Of a stretch of 64,000 nucleotides of DNA, positions 37,211 through 47,593 are shown piece by piece. The stretch covers positions 617,379 through 681,378 of the forward strand of contig MU053754.1 in the NCBI GenBank assembly GCA_013239625.1. The letters run 5' to 3'. The notes beneath the pieces are model-generated. The model was not told the origin of the DNA, made no database searches, and saw only the letters and a list, made by a program, of their open reading frames with translations. Source of the DNA: Lama guanicoe. Lineage: Eukaryota. The stretch's first letter is position 1. Each line of letters starts with the position of its first letter. The position numbers were made by a program, and so were the translations under genes.

Positions 37211-38454
37211 CTGTCTGTCAATTTACATCATTTTTATAGCAAGCACAGATGATTTATTAAGTTCAGGACCACACGAATGCGGATACTGCAACTTTGTGTT
37301 CAGCTCCGCTAAAGAAGGTGCAGAAGGTATGTTCATGGTTGGCTGTGGGAAGTCTAGTAAACTTGAGACAGTTTTACACAATATATATCAACATTCATTT
37401 CACAGTGATTTGATTTGAGGTAGTGACGGTGTTCTAGTGTGTAAGTGTTGTGAAGCCATTGAAAAAATCATTTTATTGCAGCTAACATTTTATTATATGT
37501 AGTATATAGATGTGCTAGCCAAAAAACGATTGTATTTAGAGTTTTAAAGATAGAATGGATCATAGACATGATCTGATCCTTTTTTCAAGAGAGGAAAACA
37601 TGCTAGAGAAATTAAGTATTTCTTTTCACAGTCACCTTGTGATTAAATAACAGAGCTGAATTTAAATCCTGTGTCAGCTACCATTCCCATCTCTTTGCCT
37701 TTGAACCAACCTGAGCGTATTCTTGGAAGAAATATGAAGATAGGTCAATATTGGTCCATCAGTCATGGAATCCAGTCTGCAGTCGACAAACAAACTTGGG
37801 GTATTTGGCTGATTTTCTGCCATATTGGTTCTTATTACTTTTTGGTTTTCATCTTGATAGTAGTCTAAAATGGATGGACCATGCCCTGCGTCGTCAAGAT
37901 GGCTAACTTTACGCAAGACTCAGTATCAGGTCTCAGTATGGAACCTCTGTCTGCATTTACCATTGCCTTGGCGCCAAATGGTACCCTCTGCTTGTCTCAA
38001 GTAGTGAGAGAAGAGAGATGGACTGAGTCCATCAGTGATGTGTTTATCCCAGTGAATACCAAACGACCTCAACGCAGGTGGTTTGGGTGAACTTTGTTCT
38101 TCCAGAAAGGAAGAAGGGTGCTTGGGTGGGGAGTTTGAGGGGCACTGCGGTTGAGTGCATCACTCTGCAGTCGGCCGTGCCAAGTTCAGGGCACTCACAA
38201 ATGGTGGCTGTTTCTACAGTTACGTTCTAAGCAGTCACTCAGCTTCAGCAACACAGAAGCCTCTGTCACATTAAACTAACATACTGGTTTTATGGTTTTG
38301 TTTGCTCTAAGTTCCAAATTTGGTTCGGTTTTATCGTTGTGAAGGGCTAAAAGTTAAGGACTTTATAATCAGTTTATGTTTGCCTGTATTTATATATCAT
38401 GTAGAGGGTCATTTTAGTTGAGGCTGGAGATTGAGGAGAACTTTATTGTTTTCT

Positions 38455-39045
38455 CTGTTATTATTTTTCTTTATTAGGACTATTTTGAGAGCAGTTCTAG
38501 GTTCACAGCAAAATCGAGGGGACGATACAGAGAGTTTTCCGGTCACCCCCCACCCCCGCACATGCACAGCCTCCCCCACTGGCAGCGCCCCCACCACATG
38601 GTACCTTTGCTGCAACTGATGAACGTGACACGTCATTACGATCCAGAGTCCACGGTTTGCATTGTGGTTCATCTTGCTGTTGTACATTCTGTGGGATTAG
38701 GTAACCGTGCTGTGACGTGTTTCTCTCACTGTAGTGTCATTCAAAGTATTTCCACTGCCTGAAAGTCCTGTGCTCCATCCACACATCCCTTCGTCCTCCC
38801 CGCCCCTTGGCAGCCACTGATCTTTTCACTGTGTATCCGGACTTGACTTTCCCGGAATGTTACAGGTGGAGTCACGCAGCACGTAGCCTCCTCCGATGGG
38901 CTTCTTCCCCTTGGTAATGCGCGTTTACGTTTCCTTCGTGCCTTTTCATGGAATGCGTTTGTTCCTTTTTCTGGAGAATATTCCACGGTCCTGATGTACC
39001 AGTCTGTTTACACCTTCGCCTGCTGCAGACATCTTGGTCACTGTT
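38455..39045 (-). mobile_element. L1MC1-like 3' end
   Basis: agagcagttctaggttcacagcaaaatcgag...tacagagagtt...cacatgcacagcctccccca...gttgtacattctgtggg...ggcagccactgatctttt. Confidence 0.85.
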
Positions 39046-39050
39046 GTTGC

Positions 39051-39185
39051 TTTTTTTTTCCTGGGTGAGAGGGGAAGTAATTAGGTTTATTTACTTATTT
39101 ATAATGGAGGTACTGTGGATGGGATGGAACCCAGGCCCTCATGCATGCTAAGCACTCACTCTACCACTGAACTATACGCTCCCCC
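39051..39185 (-). mobile_element. tRNA-derived SINE, Vic-1-like
   Basis: gaacccaggccctcatgcatgctaagcactcactctaccactgaactatac; same family as the copies at 24.5 kb and 51.0 kb. Confidence 0.85.
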
Positions 39186-39189
39186 TGTT

Positions 39190-39512
39190 TTTTATTTTTT
39201 CACTTATTTTTTTTTCACTTGAGGTAACATACAGGTAACATAATTTGCCATTTTCACCATTTTTAAGTGTACATTCAGTGGCATTAAGTGCGTTCACGTT
39301 GTGTGCAGCCATCACCAGCAGCCATGCCCAGAGCTCTCCCATCTTGCAAAACTGGAGCTCTGTCCCCATTAAACAGCACTCCCCTTCTCTCCTCCCTCCA
39401 GTGCCCACCGTTGTCCTTTCTGTCTCAGGTGTTTGACCCCTCTGGGGACCTCGTGAGTGCAGTCTCCAGTGTTCGTCCTTTTGTGACCGGCTCACTGCAC
39501 TTAGTATGACTC
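39190..39512 (-). mobile_element. L1MB-like 3' end
   Basis: ccatttttaagtgtacattcagtggcattaagtgcgttcacgttgtgtgcagccatcacca...catcttgcaaaactggagctctgtccccattaaaca. Confidence 0.85.
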
Positions 39513-42500
39513 TCCTTTTGGAGAGCGTCTGTGCTGTGTGTGTGTGTGAACGCCTGTGGCCTGTGCAGCGCTCTCCCCGGCCCGTCTCTCCTGCCTTCCT
39601 TCAGACACACCCAGAAAGATGTGATTGCGGGGATGGAGGACTGCACTTGTGCCAGACAGAGATGCATTTTATTTGCCAAGCGATTTGTGGGAAGACAGTG
39701 GGCGAGGCAGCCTCCTCTACTGTTCTCTTTAGCGTGAGAGGTGTGGCCGCTGAATCTAACCACCGCCCTGGGCGGGCGGGCTCTCCCAGGGTCAGATTTC
39801 ACGTCCTGTGCTACCTGGCTGAGCACCGTTGTTGTAGCAGCGCAGGCCGGGCTTGGCACCTGACTGTCGGTTGCGGGCAGACTGTCTGTGCTGGGGGCCC
39901 AGGCTGGGTGGGCTCTGTTGTGCTGAGCCAGGCTTGTTAGAGACTCCGAGGGCACTGTATGGATCCTCCAGGGATGTCGTCCTGACGGAGAGCAGGGAAC
40001 ACCTCCAGTGGGCGTGCTTTCTGGGACGTTTGGGACACACTTGTCCAATGACCCTTTATCACAAATGATCAGAGTGACGGCCATGCGGCAGTGGTGGTTC
40101 ACATCCTCCAGAAGAAAGGACCTGTGTGGATTGCTTCCCCCACCACAGAGGCACGCTTTCCCCCTCAGGCTGCTGGAAGCATCTCAGTGATACTTTTGAA
40201 ACGATGTCAAGAATGGCTGGAACCGTCCGGGGCTCTTCCCACTGATAGTGATGAACAGACCGTGGAAGCCAGGTGGAAATGAACAAGACCTCTTTGTAGA
40301 GACCAGCTTCTCCAATTTCTGGACTGTTTAGCACCTTCCTTGTTACCATATTAGGGTAAAAGCCAAGCAGCTGGAGCAAAGGGATAGCCTGTGGCAATTG
40401 GTCAAAGAGACAGACGTGCATTGCTCTCTTACCCAGAGTGTGAAGGCAGATCTGGCTCCAGATGGTTATCCCTGGCCCCAGGAGAGCAGGGGACCTTTGT
40501 GTCATCACACGGCTCCCAGTGCCATTCTAGGTGTCACAGATTTTAACCAGCAGGAAGGGAAAGGGAGAGAGGCTGGCAGAGGCACCCAGAAGGACCCAGA
40601 AGTTTTATGCAGCAATTCTGTTCATCCCACTTCTGAGAACTAGGTACTGACCACACCTGTACCTGGACTAGGGATAAAATATACAGTGACTGTGCCCACA
40701 GAACAACCTCCACCACCAAATTAGGGACACATCCAGAAGTCAGCCAAAGTCCAGTCCTTCATGTACCGCAGTATATGCACACGGCTTGCTGTCCATCGTT
40801 AGAAACAGCTGGATTGCATCCTCAGGGGTGACAGCCCGAAGTCCCAGGCAGTGAGAGTGTCCAGCTCAAAACACACGGTCTTGAGGGAGGTGTCGTCTGC
40901 TTCTTTGGGTCCATGTGACCTTCTCATCACCCACTTTTTGATTTAAAGAGTGAAAGCCAGGTTCCCTGCCCTCTTCTGTATGAAACGTCAGTGCAGTGAC
41001 CGGTCCATATGAATGTCTTTCATTCGGAAAAGGGAAGCCGGGGAAGCAGATGGAATTACAGGTACATGACGTACATGAAGTCTTCCCAGACAGCACGGCT
41101 TCTGGCAGGAACTTAGCTGCTGGTCTCTGGGGGGGCTTATCCTTGCTCATTACTGTCCTGGGCGACGTGTGAAACGATCCCGGGCCTTACACCCCACTTG
41201 GGCTACTGCTGTAGGTCTTTAGAAGCTCTTCTTTTTGACACGTATTCGAGAGCTCTTGAACGTGTACTTTTGCAGGCCAGGCTGTAGTTTCATTAAAAAC
41301 ATACATTCTTCAAAAGTTAGTACGTTTGCAATTACTGTTGACTGCCCAGTAGGTTCATGTGTCTGTTGTCCTTGCCAGGGCTCTTTTCCAGAGAGAGCTC
41401 ACAACTCTGCCTTACGTATTTGCCGTGTTAGTTTAACCCGAGACTTCCTCATCTTGACTCTGCCTACCACGAGACCATCTAATACGTGAGATGACGTCGT
41501 GAATCAGATCATGCCTTCGGGCTTGATCTCTTTCTTGTGTCTGAAATGACTACATATGGCCTTTGAGAAAAGCTTTGCTCAACATCTGTAACTCCTGTTG
41601 GTGGAGGACAGAAGCAGTTCTCCTTTTCTTCATGACCGCAATTTCTGACACCCTTGCCCCATTTCATTACGTTGCTGCCTGCAAATTAGCCTATTACTGC
41701 CTAAGTTAATTTCCTTTTTTGTAACACCTTAGTAAAAACAGTTAGGGGCAGCAAATGTAAGAACTTTCTGGCTTTTTTCCATTCGTATCCTGCAAAAATC
41801 ACATATTCCACCTTTTAATTTACCATATGTGACACATTTACCAAGTATTTTCAGGGTTTGCTCAAGGTCATCAGCTTTTTACCCTGAAATGTGAGTTTCC
41901 CTGCTACCAAAAACAATAAACCAGTGGCACTTGTTGTGTTGTTGTCTAGGGCTGTAGTGGGGGTACCAGTTTCCATGTGGGGTAGTTTTATTAAGTTGTC
42001 GTAGTCACATGCTGGATGCTCACTAGACACCATGGAATCTAAGCATTTTGAAGAAGGTTATTATATGATCCTGGCTGGTTATTGAGAAAAGTGGAAAATC
42101 GGGCTGATCCCTTCACATGCTGTTGACCTTTAGCAAGTATTTGCATTGGTTTATATTTGAAATATCCTGCCAGGGCTGCCTTTAAAGTTTGTTGAAGCAA
42201 GCCAGCACTTTGGCCGAAGAATTGGAGGCCACTAGTAAAGCTGAAATGGAATGGGAGGTTTTACAAGAGTTGGTTCCAAATGGTCAGCTGAAAAAAGATG
42301 GCCAGACTGTAACGGTGCTGCGCTGAGGAGTGTTTAGTGGAGGCACAAAGGCCTGGCCACCATCTTTTTAGTATTGGGGAACATGTCTATCAAATTTCCT
42401 TGTAGAAATACTCTGTTCCCACCAAACTCTCCTGACATTCTTAGATTGCTCTGGGGAAGGTGGGTCATTCCTCTATAAATGACTGTGGGAAGAAGCACCC

Positions 42501-44134
42501 TGTGTTGAGTTTTAGATTTGTTAAATCTTTCCTACTGAGATGACATGAAAGATTTTTCAATTCTGGCTATTGAAATAGAAAGTAGTAGTGGATAGATGGT
42601 TTCCAATGTGAATTTAAAATAATTTTCAAGATGGGTCATGAAAGGAATTTGTCATCATCATGTTACTCTGTGGTGACTGGCAGTATCCAAAATAGGCCAA
42701 TATTTTCTAAATGAAAAATACATCTCTTCAGACTTTTTCCAAAGGGAATCATTTACTGATACTGTAAGAAAGGGTCTTGCTTTCCTTCTTTTTTAATTCT
42801 AATATTGGGCTGCTATTTATCTTTTTTCTTTCTCATGTCCACAGTTTTTGAGAATTGACCGAGATGTTTAGTTCAAAGGTCCTGTGTAGCTGACATCCAG
42901 TTTTGCTGCTCTTCTTTCGTGTATGTTCCCAGTCGACTCCGTGATATGAATTTATGGGTTATTTAGCTTGTTTTGGACACCATTTTACAAGAGCAGGAGC
43001 ACAAGCTTATTTTTAAGTATGATTTTTGATTTGGGGAATTTTCCGTCCTATCTTGACATTTTGGGATGAATTTTAATAACTTCCACGTGTTGCCCGTTAA
43101 AAAAAACGACAATCCATTGTGACTACCCAGAATAATTCCAGGCTCATGGGAGGTGTCGAGGGGAGGATGCAGTTTCTTTTGTGCTCTGTCTCTCCGCATT
43201 TCCACAAGAAGAATGTCTTGCACAAGAGTCCTGGGCTCTCTGCCCCTCACTCCCTCGTCCCCTGGCGAAGGGGAGTCGTGTAGCTACTGTGACTTTGGGA
43301 CAAGGAACTAGGGGTGAGGAACTTTGCTTCCCTCCTTCACTTCCCTTCTTGGGGGCAGGCTGCCCAGGGAGAGCATGTGTCGGGGTCTGACCCTCAGTCC
43401 ACATGTGATGGGGGGTGGGGGTGGGGCTGAGATCATTGGGCATCCTCTTTCGCTGAGTGGGAAAATGAAATCTTCTGGGATTCAGTTTTAGCCCACTGTT
43501 CACAAACATCAAATACATATCTTGTAATTTAGCCCCTATCGGTAATGAAGGTGGGAGTTAGCCATCTACCTGCCTGCCCACTGTGCAGAAGGAAAAGTGA
43601 AATGGTCTGAGAAAGCCCAGATGCTAAACTTTGGCCCTGGATTGGGAACCTTGAGAAACAGACATGGATTCAAATTTGGGAACCACGTTAACAGGAAGTT
43701 AGGCTTCAGGAGGGGTTGGGCTCAAAGCTTCTGGCCCTGAGATCACCAAGTGGCTTTGCTAGGAGTTGAAATTTTCCCTTTGGTGAGTCATTCCAGTTTG
43801 GGCCATATTAACAATAGACAAGAAGGTGTTTCCACAGTGATAGATTATCTTAAGCAGAAGCCAGCCTCAGGAAGGACACTGGCTGCATGTACTTGTGTGG
43901 GACTCAGCAAAATATGATCCCTGGGGTGTAGGGAGAGGTGGCTTGACCTTGAATCACCCAGCCCTGGACCTATGAAGACCATCACTGCTGCAGCATAGCT
44001 TGAAGACCTCTGAGGCATCATAAAGAAGGACAGGACTTGTTCTTGGAAAATGTATTGTTTTCACTTTCATATTCATGATTTTCAGATATTTTGGGAGCAG
44101 GAATTGGAAATCATTTGCCTTCTTTCTTAGTAAG

Positions 44135-44708
44135 TGTCGGAGCCAGCCGACAATCGATCAGGTCCAGAAACCTGTGCTGCAGGACTGAGAAAAGGAAAGA
44201 CGTAACAAAAAGACAGCAAGACAAGACAAGTTGGGGTTGAGAGGGTCTCACTCTAGCCCGCAAGACGCTAGGTCAAGAGTGGACCTCGAGTTTATTTCAG
44301 GCGGTTCTTTTATATGATTTTAACCCATTAGCTCATACATTCCTGCACGTAGGCAATAAGGCCTAACCTCGTGACTCGTATACATTCAACTCAGGTGATT
44401 GTTCTCTAAAAAGATCACTGATTTGTGTGCCGATTGTATCTCTCCCTCTGAGGGTCCTTTGTGACTTAATAGCTCAAAGATGTTTCCTCAGGCATTAGCG
44501 CACCTGGTGCATTCTTTAGTAAAAGGGGTGGCGGGACAGAGATTGTTCTAACTCAATTGACCTTTGAGCCGGGCGCCCCGCACTGTGGGAGTTTAGGCCC
44601 ATCCTTTGTGCTCGGCAGCCTCAATCTCAGAGCCTGGCGCCCTGCACTTTGGGGTTTTACGCCCAAGTTTTGTGCTCGGCAGCCCTCCGTCACGAGCGGC
44701 TCCCCGCA
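44135..44708 (-). mobile_element. Solo LTR of a class II (betaretrovirus-like, ERVK) endogenous retrovirus
   Basis: 574 bp with TG...CA ends and perfect 6-bp TSD agtaag (44129-44134, 44709-44714). Minus-strand ATATAAAA (44315-44308) closely followed by AATAAA (44296-44291) and a GT/T-rich U5. CpGs retained. Confidence 0.9.
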
Positions 44709-45294
44709 AGTAAGGCATTTCATAGCCAGCATTTCATGGATTCATGCCAGGACTTACATGGCACCCAAGTTCCATGCCTGTGGGGAAGCATGAGTCTGTG
44801 AAGCTGGAGCTTAAAAAGAACCATTAACACCACACTGATACTGGCAGAGGGAAAAAATGGCTGCAGCCAGTCCTGTTGCAGCTCAACTTCTTAGCCTCAG
44901 TCACCTGAGGAACATGTGGAGGGCAGATCTCTTGGATTCATGTCTTCAGGTTATTCAGCATCTCTTAGCATCATGTGGGCTAACTTGGCTTTGGATTTGC
45001 ATGTTATCTAAGCTCATAAAATGGCCCTAGGCATCGGAACTGAATGGGATATGATGTAACTTTCTGGGACTCTGTCAAATTTGGGGAAATGTCTGTCTAG
45101 GAAATTCCTTTTGTATGTGTGCTGCGAGGTTGGAAGACATTTCCACAGACTAGCTTCTCTCTATTTCAAACCTTGTTTCTCTTACACTTCGGACATGCCT
45201 ACAGTTCTGGGACCCACAGAACAGTTTTGTGTAGAAAGAAGGCACCTCTGTGTCCTGTCACTAAGAGAAAGATGCCATTCCTGCACTGGAATGG

Positions 45295-45743
45295 TGTAGC
45301 AGGCAGAAGAGTGGTCCCAGAGATGCCTCTGTCCTCACACCCAGGGTATGTAAATAGCTTACCCTGCATGGTAAAGGGGACTTGGCGAGTGTGATAAAGA
45401 ACCTTGAGACGGGCAGGTGATCTTGGGCCATTCAGATGGGGGTGCCAGTGTCCTCATAAGGGTCCTCATGAGAGGGAGGCAGGAGGGTCAGAGTCAGAGA
45501 AGGAGCTGTGAGGAGGGAAGCAGAGGTTGGAATGATGTGGGGCTTTGAGCCGAGGAATACAGAAGCTTCCAGAACTGGAAAAAGCCAGGAAGTGCAGTCT
45601 ACCCTGGAGCCTCCCAAAGGATGCAATCCTGCTGACCCATTTTGGATTTTCTGGCCTCCAGACCTGTTCTGATGATAAATTTGTGTTGTTTTTTAAGACA
45701 CTACGTTTGTGATAATTTGTTAGAGTAAAATGAAACTAATAGA
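45295..45743 (+). mobile_element. MLT1C/D-like MaLR solo LTR
   Basis: tgtagcaggcagaa...catggtaaaggggactt...agggtcctcatgagagggaggcaggagggtcagagtcagagaagga...gataaatttgtgttgtttt...gaaactaata. Confidence 0.85.
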
Positions 45744-46023
45744 ATCGACCAGCAGTAACTTAAACATGGAAAAATATTGCTGGGATCTTTAAAAAACTGT
45801 TCTGCTAAGCTGAAACGAAATGTTATTCCAACTCACCCTTCCCTTAAACTGACCCCCACAATGTGCTTGGATTGTCCGACCTGCTCTGCTGGGAAGGCAG
45901 GTACGGGAGAGAAGTTGGGAGTGAAGATATAGAGAAACTATAACTGACTGCAGGAAATGTGAGTTACTTTTGCCAATGTTACAACAACAAAAGGCCACGG
46001 GAACTGTACAGATTATTGGGGCC

Positions 46024-46235
46024 CAGGGCCAGGATTTGGTGAGCCACTCAAGTCCAAGATCCCACCTGTCCTTATTTAAAATTTTGATATTTTGTTCCTT
46101 GTAGGGTTTTTGGTTTTTTTTGCATTAGTGTGATTTTTTAAAAAATAGTGCATTAAAATATTATTTATCCTGATCACTCACTCTGGCCCCTCTTCAATGT
46201 TGCGCAGAGTGCCTCATTCACCCCACTTCAGAAGT
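46024..46235. mobile_element. MER96B-like hAT-Tip100 element
   Basis: cagggccaggatt...aaattttgatattttgttc...tttttgcattag...tgcattaaaatattatttatc...gagtgcctcattcacccc. Confidence 0.65.
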
Positions 46236-47564
46236 GAAGGCAGAGTTTCAGATCTGTTAGCCTCACAGCAGTCCGCCTCCGCATCAGCAAAAGCCATGGG
46301 GATAAAGAGGTACGCCACCGTAGCAGACAGGTTTTCAGGCCTCAGCGTTTCCATAGCAAGAGGCTGTGACAGCAGGTACTGGGACCGATGATTTCACAGG
46401 CTGACTCCCCTGAAGCAGCCTCGGTTCCAGAAACGGGGCTTGGAAGAACTGGAAAACTGGTGAGGGTGTCGGTGGGGAAGGGGACAATGACTGGGCTGGC
46501 ACTTCCGCTGCTTTGCAGATTTTACAAGACACTTGTCTCCAGTGCTGCACCCGGCGAGAAAAGCACGCTGTCAGGGTTTCGAATATGAAGAGAGGATTTG
46601 AGGGGTTATCGGTCAGTATGTGAAACACAGCGGAGTAAACTGTTCCATGCACACACGTGTGGATTCCTGTCCCGTGCCCCGTACACCCACACAGCACATG
46701 TAGCAAGCGCTTCCAGCCCAGGTGAAAATTTTCCTGGGTGTCAGCCCAGCTGGATCAGGTGCATGGCTGGTCAGCTCTGTGCATCCCGCTGAGACGGACA
46801 CCAGGCTGACGGTCTGCATCTCCCACCTTCTGTCTGACCCTCTGTCTCTGCCCTGATCGGAGCAGCCGCACCCAACCTGATGGACGGCCTGCCTCACGGT
46901 CCCCGCGGCACGGAGGAGAGGAGTGATGTGTGAACTTGATTGGCTTGGAATCAGGGCCTGGATCTGCTTAGCCTTCTCCCTCCTCCCGTCCATCTGTGAT
47001 TGGGGCATCCTCCGAACAGGAGAGCAGGCACCTGGTCTGCCCGTCCGTCCCCCCAGGGTCCCAGGCCACACTGGGGGACACTGGCGGTGGAGGTCTCACT
47101 GGGGACGAGGACTAGGATGAGCCCGTGTCCTGCACTTCTAACCTGCGTCTTCCAGTCCAACTTTTATCAGGCACAGAGTGTATGTTTTCAGTTACATTCG
47201 TCTGACTTCTCTCTCTCTCTATTGTTTACACATTCAGCTAAGAAAAAGCTACTGTTAATTTAGTAGGTCCTCTTAATCACCAATAGTGGATGATCAGTAA
47301 ATCTTTGCTGAAGAAATAAGCAGTCTCACTTTTATGCTTGGTTCCAAGTTTATGTGCTTGCATAGTTTCAAGAAAGTATGACTCATTTAGCTAAGATTAC
47401 CACAGGGGAGAAAAATACTATATATGTATATAAAACTCACCTTAAGTATGTTTTACATCCAAATTTGATTAACTTTTTTTGGTAAATACAGTAAAACTAC
47501 GTATACATTCTATCCATTTTTAAAAAGAAATGTAATAATTTTTAATGCATCCCATTGTAGTTTG

Positions 47565-47593
47565 AGTGTGTGTGTGTGCGTGTGTGTGTGTGT
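47565..47593. repeat. (TG)n microsatellite, one interruption
   Basis: Direct observation. Confidence 0.9.

Noticed and set aside
39425..40102. 225-aa minus-strand ORF and overlapping ORFs
   Set aside because: Overlie GC-shifted L1 fossils; no recognisable domain.
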